From positions 32,001 through 96,000 of IMG/VR virus record IMGVR_UViG_3300014969_000016: DNA of 64,000 nt; one strand, written 5' to 3'. Every line of letters starts with the position of its first letter. Positions within the stretch are counted from its first letter, which is position 1. Below, in pieces: positions 35,269 through 43,243 of this stretch. Below the pieces are notes generated by a model. It made no database searches. It was not told the origin of the DNA and worked only from the letters and a program-made list of their open reading frames with translations. The position numbers and the translations under genes were made by a program. This stretch comes from a virus (lineage: Duplodnaviria; Caudoviricetes).

Positions 35269-35624
35269 TCGACCTCCTGATAGGTGCGACGGTGGACGAT
35301 GCTGTTGATGACCGGCTGGGCCAGCCCGCCATACATCTCGCCAAGCTCGCGCTGGCTGTACTTGCCGCTGGCGTACTTCGTGCGGATCTCACGCACCTGC
35401 TTGTCGGTGAGTGAGCGCTGGCGTGTGTTGGGCGTGCCCTTGGCTGGGCCACGCTGGGCCATGCCGTTGACGTGCTTGGCAGGCCTGAGCGTGTCCAGGG
35501 TGGCCCTGGCGCTGTCCAGGATCTCCTGGCGTTCACGCTGCTTCAACACGATCTGCTCTTGCAGCACTTCGATCTGATTGTCGATCCTGGCCACTCGTTT
35601 GAGCAGCGTCTCCATGTCGCTCAT
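35265..35624 (-). CDS. Coiled-coil + helix-turn-helix protein
   Basis: LTDKQVREIR...SQRELGEMYG.LAQPVINSIV. Confidence 0.8.
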   Translation of the reverse strand: MSDMETLLKRVARIDNQIEVLQEQIVLKQRERQEILDSARATLDTLRPAKHVNGMAQRGPAKGTPNTRQRSLTDKQVREIRTKYASGKYSQRELGEMYGGLAQPVINSIVHRRTYQEVE

Positions 35625-36433
35625 GACGCAACCTCTCCCTGCTGGGCCGAGAGCGATGCGAGCAGCGACGCCATCAGGTCAGCGGACGGGTCGATGTTGT
35701 GCTCGACCGGAGCAGGAGCCTCCACGCCTTGAGCCTTCTGATCGACGTAGGCCTGCGCCACGGGCGCATTGGTGTCCACCAGGGTGGGCGCATCGATGCC
35801 GATGGCGTCCACCAGCATGTTGGCGACGTTGCGCTCCGCATCGAAGATGGCCACGCTGGCCGGTGCCGTCGTGGGCTGGCGCACTGCGTCGGCCGTGTAG
35901 ACCAGGAACAGGTTGCCATCAGCGTCCAGCAGGGCGTAGCGGGCCGGTCCACGCATGGCGACCTTGACCAGTGCGTACAGCTTGCGCTCACGCATGACGG
36001 TGGTGAGCAGGACGAACGCCTTCTCCACGGCGCCGTTGATCTTGCCCTTCTCGCGCTTGGGGCGCACCTGCTTGACGCCTTCGACCAGGTACTTGCCGAA
36101 GTCCTTGGCCTTGACGAAGCAGACGATCTCAGCCAGCCCACGTGGTGACGTGCAGGCGGCGATCTCGTCGTCGGTGAAGGTGACCCAGGCGCCGTTGCTG
36201 GCCTGAGCCATGCGGGTCACGTCGGTGGGGTGGACAACCTCGCCCGTGTCCTTGCGGATGACGGCGCGGCCCAGCGGGATGTTGGCGTCCCCCCGGTAGA
36301 ACTCGGAGCGGGCGACCCTCGTCTCTTCGGTCCCCGTGAAGACGGAGAGCGGCATGACGAGCATCGGGCCGAAGCTCAGTGTGATAGTGGTGGTGGCCCT
36401 GACGGGCGCCCCAGCCAGAGCGGTGGGTGACAT
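35621..36433 (-). CDS. ku: Ku-like DNA end-binding protein
   Basis: LSFG..VMPLSVFTGTEE, GEVV...DVTR....G.WV.FTDDEI, IVCFV, ALVKVAMRG, DLMASL.ASL follow the prokaryotic Ku pattern. Confidence 0.8.
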   Translation of the reverse strand: MSPTALAGAPVRATTTITLSFGPMLVMPLSVFTGTEETRVARSEFYRGDANIPLGRAVIRKDTGEVVHPTDVTRMAQASNGAWVTFTDDEIAACTSPRGLAEIVCFVKAKDFGKYLVEGVKQVRPKREKGKINGAVEKAFVLLTTVMRERKLYALVKVAMRGPARYALLDADGNLFLVYTADAVRQPTTAPASVAIFDAERNVANMLVDAIGIDAPTLVDTNAPVAQAYVDQKAQGVEAPAPVEHNIDPSADLMASLLASLSAQQGEVAS

Positions 36434-36507
36434 TGGTGTGTCCTTTCGGGACGATTCCGGTGAGTGGTACGTGTATCAGTGTACATGGTGTTGCTATCAA
36501 CACCAAC

Positions 36508-36546
36508 CTCCCAGCACAGGTATTGTTGAGATACCTGTGCTGGGAG
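36508..36546 (-). terminator. 16-bp stem-loop between the AAA and Ku genes
   Basis: CTCCCAGCACAGGTAT-N7-ATACCTGTGCTGGGAG, abutting the promoter at 36478-36506. Confidence 0.65.
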
Positions 36547-36553
36547 AGAGCTA

Positions 36554-37840
36554 TCAGGGCGCCGACACCAGCGCCTCAGCCTCACGCTGGCGCTGCTCTT
36601 CGGTGAGCATCACGAAGATGCTGCGAGCCTCCAGGATCTCTTCGACCACCGGGATCTCGTTGGCCTTGAACATACCGGTGAAGATCTGCACGCCCAGGGC
36701 GATGCCCATCTCCAGGATGTCCTGCTCCAGGTTGGCCAGGGCCGTGGTGCCGACCGGCGTGCGAAGCTGGTTGCTCTGACGGGCCAGGCGCAGGTAGTCG
36801 CCCAGCAGGCGCACGGCCTGGCTGTCGATCAGCTTGGCTTCGATGACCTTGTCGTAGTCCCAGCGGATGTGACGGAACCGGTTGATGAACGCCTCGTTCA
36901 TCTCACCCATGCCCTTGTATCCCTCGTTGTACGTGCCGATGATCCACAGGTCGTAGCTGGCGTTCACCGTCTCGGGCATCAGCATGCCGCTGGTGCCATC
37001 GAAGGTGGTCTTCCACACGGCCTTGTTGCGGTTGGTGAACTCATGGCGGTGGTCAGCCAGCGGGTGGAGCGACGACGTGACTCGCGCATCGAATGCGTTG
37101 ATCTCGTCCAGGTAGAGGATGCCACCGGCCAGCGCCGCCAACTCGACCAAGCCGGGGAGCCAGTGAAGCTCACCCATGTAGCTGGTCATCTGACCGAACA
37201 GGTCGAAGTCAGTGATGCCGCTGGATCCCGAGAGTGTGAACACGGGCATTGGCTTGGGCAGCCCCAGCATCTCGGACCACTCCACGGCCAGAACCTCAAC
37301 GAGCATCGTCTTGCCCGACTGCGTCTCACCCTTCAACATGATGTTGGCGGGGCGCTCCTGGTTCTTCTTGCGGTACGCCTTGGTGGTGAAGCGCAGCAGC
37401 ATCTCCACGTCGGTGGAGCCATCAGCCATGATGCGGTTGATGTACGCCTTGACCTTGGCCTTGCTCGGGCGCAGGTGATCCAGGCGCTCGTCCATCGGGT
37501 CGGTGATCGGCTGGATCATGTGGCTGAGCAGAAGGCCGCTGGCCTGTTGCTGAGTCATCGGCGCCACGCTCGGCTCGTACTCCGGGGCAGCAGCCACCGT
37601 GGGAACGGTAACGACCTGGGCCGGTGCGGTGGCGAAGCCTTCGGGCGTGTCGCTGAGCAGCCGGGGCAGCATGAAGATCTCTTCGCCGTGCGGGCCAGCG
37701 ACCTTGATCTTGCGCTGGTTCACGGGATCGTCTTCGGCCCGGATGATGGTGTTGTCAACGATGGTGACAACCTCGTCTTCGTAGAGGCCTTTGAGCACCC
37801 GGTACTTGAAGCCTGGGATGAGTGAGGCTGCGAGAGCCAT
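36554..37840 (-). CDS. MoxR/CbbQ/CobS-like AAA+ ATPase
   Basis: GETQSGKT, ILYLDEIN, GTYNEGY.G, AFINRF; ATG 37840 with AAAGGA. Confidence 0.9.
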   Translation of the reverse strand: MALAASLIPGFKYRVLKGLYEDEVVTIVDNTIIRAEDDPVNQRKIKVAGPHGEEIFMLPRLLSDTPEGFATAPAQVVTVPTVAAAPEYEPSVAPMTQQQASGLLLSHMIQPITDPMDERLDHLRPSKAKVKAYINRIMADGSTDVEMLLRFTTKAYRKKNQERPANIMLKGETQSGKTMLVEVLAVEWSEMLGLPKPMPVFTLSGSSGITDFDLFGQMTSYMGELHWLPGLVELAALAGGILYLDEINAFDARVTSSLHPLADHRHEFTNRNKAVWKTTFDGTSGMLMPETVNASYDLWIIGTYNEGYKGMGEMNEAFINRFRHIRWDYDKVIEAKLIDSQAVRLLGDYLRLARQSNQLRTPVGTTALANLEQDILEMGIALGVQIFTGMFKANEIPVVEEILEARSIFVMLTEEQRQREAEALVSAP

Positions 37841-37879
37841 GGTGGTGATCCTTTCAGATCGGGGTAAGTGGTGCGGCAA

Positions 37880-38182
37880 ACGATACAGCGGTTACAGCGG
37901 TAACACAACACGCTCGGCCAAGATTTCTCAGCGACCTGGGCAAACGCCGTTATCGATTGCGACTTCGAAACTGGCGATTTCTGGCCCTCTACCTGGTGTG
38001 ATGATGCCTGTTGTGACAACACACGATGCCCCAGGATCGACGCAAACGCGTTTTGGGCAGTGTGGGTGCGGAACAGGGGTATCGGCCCTCACAGGGCCAC
38101 ACAGAGGCCTCTGGCGGGTTGCTAGCAGGTCACCCACTATCTCAACAGCCGTGTTGTGTTACGGGTGGGCATCCTGTATCGT
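37880..38182. promoter_or_regulatory. Divergent cassette promoters for the AAA and VWA genes
   Basis: TTGTGT-N17-TATCGT on minus (37880-37908) and on plus (38154-38182); extra TGTTGTGACAACA at about 38009. Confidence 0.8.
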
Positions 38183-38189
38183 GTCCTCC

Positions 38190-40337
38190 ATGACCGCACG
38201 TACCCGCAAGCCTCGCAAGAAGGCGACCACCGACATCGGCCGGTCGATCCTGCAGCGTGAGCGTCAGCGGCTGGCCAAAGAGCAAGCTGATCTTGCCGAG
38301 AAGCTGGCTGAGGATGCCGCCCGCAGTCGTCGCGCCAACAGGACGAAGAAGAACAACCCGATCACCACGGCCGACAACGCCATGCAGCGCTCCATCGTGC
38401 GCCGTGTCGCTGGTGCCCTGGCGTCTGAGGGTGTGAACGTGCCCATCGAAGCGCACGTGATCCCCAACGAGCAGGGTGTCACGGCCTGGACTGACTTCGA
38501 CCGGATCTACGCCGGGTATCACCTTCACGATGACGTGCGGATCACCGCCGCCGTGCTGCGTGGCGAGTTGTACCACGAAGGTGGCCACTGCCGCTTCACC
38601 GACCCGTTCGTTGACCTGGAGGTTGACGCCAAGAACGAGTGCGGATTCGAAGGCACCGTGGACGAGTTCCGCGTGGCCCTGGGTGGCCGTGACATGACAC
38701 GGGGCGAGATGCACCGTGCGTGGAACGCCCTGGAGGATCAGCGGATGGAGACGGCCGTGGTGAGCGACAGCCCACGCAAGGCCGGATACCTCACTCCCAT
38801 GATGCTGAGCGAGTTGGCCTACAGCCCCGAGATGGCGTGCGCCAACTGGCCGCTGATGGTGTGGCGCAAGTACCTGCCCCGCAAGATCCGCGACGGTGCG
38901 AAGGCGCTGTTCATGGCTGAGCACGGGCCGGATGTCGTGCGCCAGATCCAGATCGTCGTGACCCGCTACGTGCTGGCCACCACGGCCACCGACATGTACA
39001 TGGCCACCGTGGAGATGGCTGAGATCTTCAAGACCATCCAGACGGCCTTCGACATCGATGACAAGGGTGCGGGCCATGATCGCCAGCGCTCCCGCCGTGG
39101 CACGCCTGGCAACAGTGAGCGCGAGATCCCCGTGTCCTCCGACATGATCGAAGAGAACGACGACGAGATCGAATCGATCCCCCAGCCCGGAGCGGGCAAG
39201 CCTTCCAAGGCTCCCAAGCAGGATGCTCCGAAGGCAGACGACGCCCAGGGCGCCGGTACCGATGCCACCGATGAGGAAGATGCCGAAGAGGGCGATGCTT
39301 CCAAGGGTGAGCAGGAGTCGGACGATGCTGGCGATGCCTCGCCTCAGGAAGAGGGCGGCGACAGCGGCACGCACGAAGACGACGGTGCCGATGTCAAGGA
39401 GCCGGAAGCTTCCAAGGATGAGTCGGACGACGACAGCGATGGCGTTGGCGACGACGAGGATGACGAGGAAGACGACGACGAGGATGACGACGACGGCCTG
39501 ACCCAGGAAGATCTGGACGAGGCGCTGGCAGAGGCTGAGGAAGAGCGTCTGAACGATCCGACTCTCGACCAGGACGCGCAAGCGTTCCATGACGCCAAGA
39601 ACGACACGGCCACGGCATTGAAGCCATACGTCGGCGGCATCTGCTCCAACCCGTTGGAAGTGGCAGAGGCCAACAACCTGGCTGATCAGATGCAGCGTGC
39701 TTTCGAGACGGCCACGGCCGAACTGCAGCCGATGTGGAAGGAGCAGCAGCGCCGGGGCATCCTCAACGTGCTGCGCTACGAGACGCGCCAGGCTGGCGAT
39801 GTCGAGTTCTTCCGCAACTACGTGGACAACGGCAACCCTGGCTGCGACATCGCCGTCAGCGTCCTGCTGGACTACAGCGGTTCCATGGGCAGCGTGGAGG
39901 CTGAACTGGCCAAGGTCGCCTTCGCCTGCAAGCGGGCGGGCGATCTGCTGGGGATCCCGGTCACGGTGACCCTGTGGGATACCGACGCCCGTGTGTTGTG
40001 GGACGCCAGCGAGCGTGCCGAGCACCTGCCGGTCATCGATGCCCAGGGTGGCACCAACCCGCAGGTCGCTCTCAACGACCTGGACAACCAGCGGTTCGGC
40101 AAGGCCAAGCACGTGGTGCTGATCATGACGGACGACGCCTGGAACAACGGAGCGCCCACCCTGGCCAGCTACAAGTCTGAGGGTCGCCTGATCATCGGGC
40201 TGGGCTACACAGACGGCACCTACAGCCCGTACATCCAGGAGTCGATGGAGAAGAAGGGCGCCGACTTCGCCTACAGCATCAAGGATCTCGCAGAGATCCC
40301 CCGGCACCTGGAGCAGGCGCTCATCACCGTCGCCTGA
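38190..40337 (+). CDS. CobT-like VWA protein with an N-terminal HExxH domain and acidic linker
   Basis: YHEGGH, WNALEDQRME, MIDAS LLDYSGSM, GGT, IMTDD; leaderless ATG 38190. Confidence 0.9.
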   Translation: MTARTRKPRKKATTDIGRSILQRERQRLAKEQADLAEKLAEDAARSRRANRTKKNNPITTADNAMQRSIVRRVAGALASEGVNVPIEAHVIPNEQGVTAWTDFDRIYAGYHLHDDVRITAAVLRGELYHEGGHCRFTDPFVDLEVDAKNECGFEGTVDEFRVALGGRDMTRGEMHRAWNALEDQRMETAVVSDSPRKAGYLTPMMLSELAYSPEMACANWPLMVWRKYLPRKIRDGAKALFMAEHGPDVVRQIQIVVTRYVLATTATDMYMATVEMAEIFKTIQTAFDIDDKGAGHDRQRSRRGTPGNSEREIPVSSDMIEENDDEIESIPQPGAGKPSKAPKQDAPKADDAQGAGTDATDEEDAEEGDASKGEQESDDAGDASPQEEGGDSGTHEDDGADVKEPEASKDESDDDSDGVGDDEDDEEDDDEDDDDGLTQEDLDEALAEAEEERLNDPTLDQDAQAFHDAKNDTATALKPYVGGICSNPLEVAEANNLADQMQRAFETATAELQPMWKEQQRRGILNVLRYETRQAGDVEFFRNYVDNGNPGCDIAVSVLLDYSGSMGSVEAELAKVAFACKRAGDLLGIPVTVTLWDTDARVLWDASERAEHLPVIDAQGGTNPQVALNDLDNQRFGKAKHVVLIMTDDAWNNGAPTLASYKSEGRLIIGLGYTDGTYSPYIQESMEKKGADFAYSIKDLAEIPRHLEQALITVA

Positions 40338-40360
40338 TACCCAGGTATCACAATCACCCA

Positions 40361-40393
40361 GGAGCCTCACCGTTAACTAGACGGTGAGGCTCC
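40361..40393 (+). terminator. Stem-loop after the VWA gene
   Basis: GGAGCCTCACCGT-N7-ACGGTGAGGCTCC. Confidence 0.6.
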
Positions 40394-40419
40394 GACCTTC
40401 CAAGCCACACTGAGGAACC

Positions 40420-40623
40420 ATGACCACGCCCATCAAGCTGAGCGACCCGACCAAGGCACGCCGCAACGGCATCCTGTCGTGCGACGAGTGCGGGCGAGAG
40501 ATCTCCGTACTGGCCCACCAAGATCCGGAGTTGGGCGATGGCTGGCCACTGCATCGTTGCCCTGCCACCAACGGAGAGCCGCGAGCATTCGACCGGTTCG
40601 ATGTTGTGATACCACTGCGGTAG
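40420..40623 (+). CDS. Zn-ribbon microprotein
   Basis: CDECG...HRC; GAGG RBS. Confidence 0.65.
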   Translation: MTTPIKLSDPTKARRNGILSCDECGREISVLAHQDPELGDGWPLHRCPATNGEPRAFDRFDVVIPLR

Positions 40624-40638
40624 CTGTACACTGGTGTT

Positions 40639-41103
40639 ATGACCACAGTACCGATTGCAGTGCGGCCCACACCGCTGCCGTCACAGGCCAAGCCATGGGC
40701 CAAGGCGGGCGTTCACCTGCTGGTGCTCTACGCCATCTTCGGAGTGTTCCTGATTCGCTACTCCACCAACCTGAACAAGGGGCTGGACGAGGGCCGTGTC
40801 ACCATGGCTGATGCCGGGATGCTGCCGTACATCGAAGGCACCGAGACAGTCAACACAGCGACCGGCCAGGTCACATCGGTCGGCCCGCTGAACTACGACC
40901 TGCGCCTAGCCCTGGGTGATGACTGGTTCACCGGTAGCTACACGGGCGCCGACAAGCATCACATCTGCGAAGTGTTCCGGGTGGACCCGGCCCAGGTGTG
41001 GCAGATGATCGCCACAAACCAGGGTTACGAGGACACGCCCGAGAACCGTGCGACCAGCGATGCGTTCTACGCTGAGCAGTGCGCCAAGAGCGGCGCCGCC
41101 TAG
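40639..41103 (+). CDS. Membrane-anchored protein (leaderless)
   Basis: One TM near the N-terminus; promoter TTGTGA-N17-TACACT at 40604-40632. Confidence 0.75.
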   Translation: MTTVPIAVRPTPLPSQAKPWAKAGVHLLVLYAIFGVFLIRYSTNLNKGLDEGRVTMADAGMLPYIEGTETVNTATGQVTSVGPLNYDLRLALGDDWFTGSYTGADKHHICEVFRVDPAQVWQMIATNQGYEDTPENRATSDAFYAEQCAKSGAA

Positions 41104-41179
41104 ATCGCGCTCACCATCAACGCATATGAAAACCGGCTAGCCACGCGGGACCGGCGCAGGCATGGCAGAGCAGACGCTG

Positions 41180-41214
41180 CAGCCCCCCCGCATGGCTGGG
41201 GGGCTGTTTGCGTT
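41180..41214 (+). terminator. Rho-independent terminator
   Basis: CAGCCCCCC...GGGGGGCTG TTTGCGTT. Confidence 0.75.
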
Positions 41215-41459
41215 CAGCGGTGTTCCAGGAAGTGCGTGCTGTGACGGCTGTGCTGGGTGACGTGCTTGCCCGCCTCGCGATACCGGGGGCGAGGATCCGG
41301 CCCAGCGGTGGGGAGACACACGGCAGCGTGCATGCTGCCCTTCATCACGTGCCCACCCTTCTGAGCAGGATCACAAACGGCGCCGCCGCGGACCACGTTG
41401 AGGGGCATGGGCGGCTGACGGTTGGGATCGTTCGCACGGTCGGGTGGACCCTTCGGCAT
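41214..41459 (-). CDS. Small protein with NDPNRQ motif
   Basis: 81 aa, isolated on the minus strand. Confidence 0.4.
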   Translation of the reverse strand: MPKGPPDRANDPNRQPPMPLNVVRGGAVCDPAQKGGHVMKGSMHAAVCLPTAGPDPRPRYREAGKHVTQHSRHSTHFLEHR

Positions 41460-41566
41460 CGATACAACAGTATCAGCCTTAGAGGATCTGAGCGAGTATG
41501 GGATGCATAGAGCGATATGCCTAGTGGCGTGTTGTGTTAACAGCGCACGCAGGGTACAATGAACGC

Positions 41567-42133
41567 ATGGATGATCTCAATGCCAAGACCAACTGGCAGA
41601 ACATGCAACGGAGCACGCCGTTCAAGGCTGAGGCCTACGCCCAGCAAGGCGAAGCTGCGTTCCAACCACAACAGCCCAACATGGGTGGCGCTGGCGCCGC
41701 AGCCGGGGAAGCCTTCGACAAGGGCACCAAGATCCTCATCGGTGCCGCCGCCGTCAAGGCCGGGGCGAACCATTACCAGCAGACCGGAGACGCCTCCCAG
41801 GCTCTACAGACCGGCGCCGTCGCCTACGTGCGCTGGATGGTCTTCTTCTTGGCCATCTGCATGTGGTTCGCTCTCTTCGCCGTCACCGGCCTGAACGGCG
41901 GGCGCTCTGCAGGCACGGCCAGCGTCGGCGGCGTCCACGCAGCCACGTTCAAGATGCTGCTGCTCTTCGGTATCACCCCGTTCCTCTTCGGAGTGAACTG
42001 GTGCCGCAACATCGACTTCTGCCTGTTCAGGCGTGGTCTGATCTACAAGCTCTACGCACCTATCGCCCAGGTGACTGAGATCATCCCAACGTGGGCACTT
42101 TATGCCCTACTGCTGGTTCCTGTTGTACTGTGA
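41567..42133 (+). CDS. Multi-pass membrane protein (leaderless)
   Basis: 3 hydrophobic segments; promoter TTGTGT-N17-TACAAT at 41532-41560. Confidence 0.75.
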   Translation: MDDLNAKTNWQNMQRSTPFKAEAYAQQGEAAFQPQQPNMGGAGAAAGEAFDKGTKILIGAAAVKAGANHYQQTGDASQALQTGAVAYVRWMVFFLAICMWFALFAVTGLNGGRSAGTASVGGVHAATFKMLLLFGITPFLFGVNWCRNIDFCLFRRGLIYKLYAPIAQVTEIIPTWALYALLLVPVVL

Positions 42134-42173
42134 TACCAGTACACTGATACGTCCAAGAAAGGACACCTAACCC

Positions 42174-42662
42174 ATGGCAGAGAAGCTGCGAACGTTCGAC
42201 TTCGACAAGCCGAGCGAACTCACCAGTTCAGAGAAGATCCAGTACCCATGGGATCAATGGCTGGATGGTGACATCTGGCAGTTGACCCAGGGCGAGGACT
42301 TCATGACGCATCCATTGATGATGGAGCGGATCATCCGTACCCGTGCCACCACTCGTCAGGCCAAGGTGCGCTTGCGCCACCAGCCCCTGCATGAAGGCAA
42401 CGGGGATCCCTTCGGCATCCTGATCATCCAGCGCACCGACCGCATCGGTCCAGCCGACGCCAAGAAGGCAGAAGCGCGGGCCAAGCGTGAGGCCAAGAAG
42501 GCGGCTGCGGCTGCCGAGGCCGAGCAGTTGCTGGCCAACAGCGGCATCAAGACGGTCAAGTCACCGGCCAAGGTTGCCACGAACGGCAAGACGCCGCGCA
42601 TCCAGCACCGCACGGTCAAGAACGTCAGCAAGCGTCCCGTGCGCAAGCCGGTCGCTGCCTAA
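42174..42662 (+). CDS. Putative DNA-binding protein with a Lys/Ala tail
   Basis: YPWDQWLDGDIWQL..GEDF; AAAGGA RBS. Confidence 0.75.
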   Translation: MAEKLRTFDFDKPSELTSSEKIQYPWDQWLDGDIWQLTQGEDFMTHPLMMERIIRTRATTRQAKVRLRHQPLHEGNGDPFGILIIQRTDRIGPADAKKAEARAKREAKKAAAAAEAEQLLANSGIKTVKSPAKVATNGKTPRIQHRTVKNVSKRPVRKPVAA

Positions 42663-42677
42663 GCCGCCATTGCGGAG

Positions 42678-42710
42678 CAACAGCCCCCCTTCGGGGGGCT
42701 GTTGTGCGTT
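42678..42710 (+). terminator. Terminator at the early/late convergence
   Basis: CAACAGCCCCCC-TTCG loop-GGGGGCTGTTG TGCGTT. Confidence 0.8.
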
Positions 42711-42717
42711 CTAGTAA

Positions 42718-43008
42718 CTAGTACAGCGTTCCCTGGCGGGGGTCAGGTGTGGGCGTTGTCGGCCGTGGCCGTGGTCCTGGACCCTTGCGCGACTGGTCAG
42801 TCCAGTTGTGCTCCGTCCCCTTCGGGCCGAACTGGTTCCAGTTGACGTGATCCATCTCATGTGGCTCACTGACGCCCAGCGTCAACTGCCTGCTCCCATA
42901 CACGGGTAACGCCCCTGGCGGGTGGGTCATCACCGTGTTCGGTAGACGCTCCGAGGCGTGCTTGGCCCGCATCCTGTCCAGTCGCTTACCCATAGCTGAG
43001 TCCTTCAA
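42718..43008 (-). CDS. Small protein with HVNWNQF and terminal QGTLY
   Basis: 96 aa (start may be 42993). Confidence 0.6.
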   Translation of the reverse strand: MKDSAMGKRLDRMRAKHASERLPNTVMTHPPGALPVYGSRQLTLGVSEPHEMDHVNWNQFGPKGTEHNWTDQSRKGPGPRPRPTTPTPDPRQGTLY

Positions 43009-43243
43009 AGGGGTCTTCGGGCTGGTGCTGACCAGTCTCGTTGAGCTTCATCATGCTGTGAACCATGTTCATCGTGGCGTCGCTGGGGTCGTAGATCCCG
43101 GCGTTCTGTGCGTGGTGCCGCAGGACGTGCGGGTGCATGTTCTTCACGTCGTCTGACTTGATGCCCCGAGCCTGCAGGTGCCCGACCAGCTTCTGCGCCT
43201 TGACCTGGCGGGCCATGTCCTCGTAGGGATTGTTGTCGGTCAC
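42986..43243 (-). CDS. Hypothetical protein
   Basis: 85 aa, GTGA coupled. Confidence 0.65.
   Translation of the reverse strand: MTDNNPYEDMARQVKAQKLVGHLQARGIKSDDVKNMHPHVLRHHAQNAGIYDPSDATMNMVHSMMKLNETGQHQPEDPFEGLSYG

Noticed and set aside
37791-38189. 5' extensions in the ORF track (VWA from 37791; also 28990..30084, 25753..27531, 12200..13867, 46760..51505)
   Set aside because: They cross promoters, terminators or neighbouring genes; downstream starts fit RBS or leaderless promoters
38142-40370. 742-aa minus-strand ORF
   Set aside because: Antisense shadow of the VWA gene
27505-41560. CRP or Rex operator (TGTGA half-sites)
   Set aside because: Half-site spacing and orientation do not match TGTGA-N6-TCACA or TTGTGAA-N4-TTCACAA; TTGTGA sits at the -35 position
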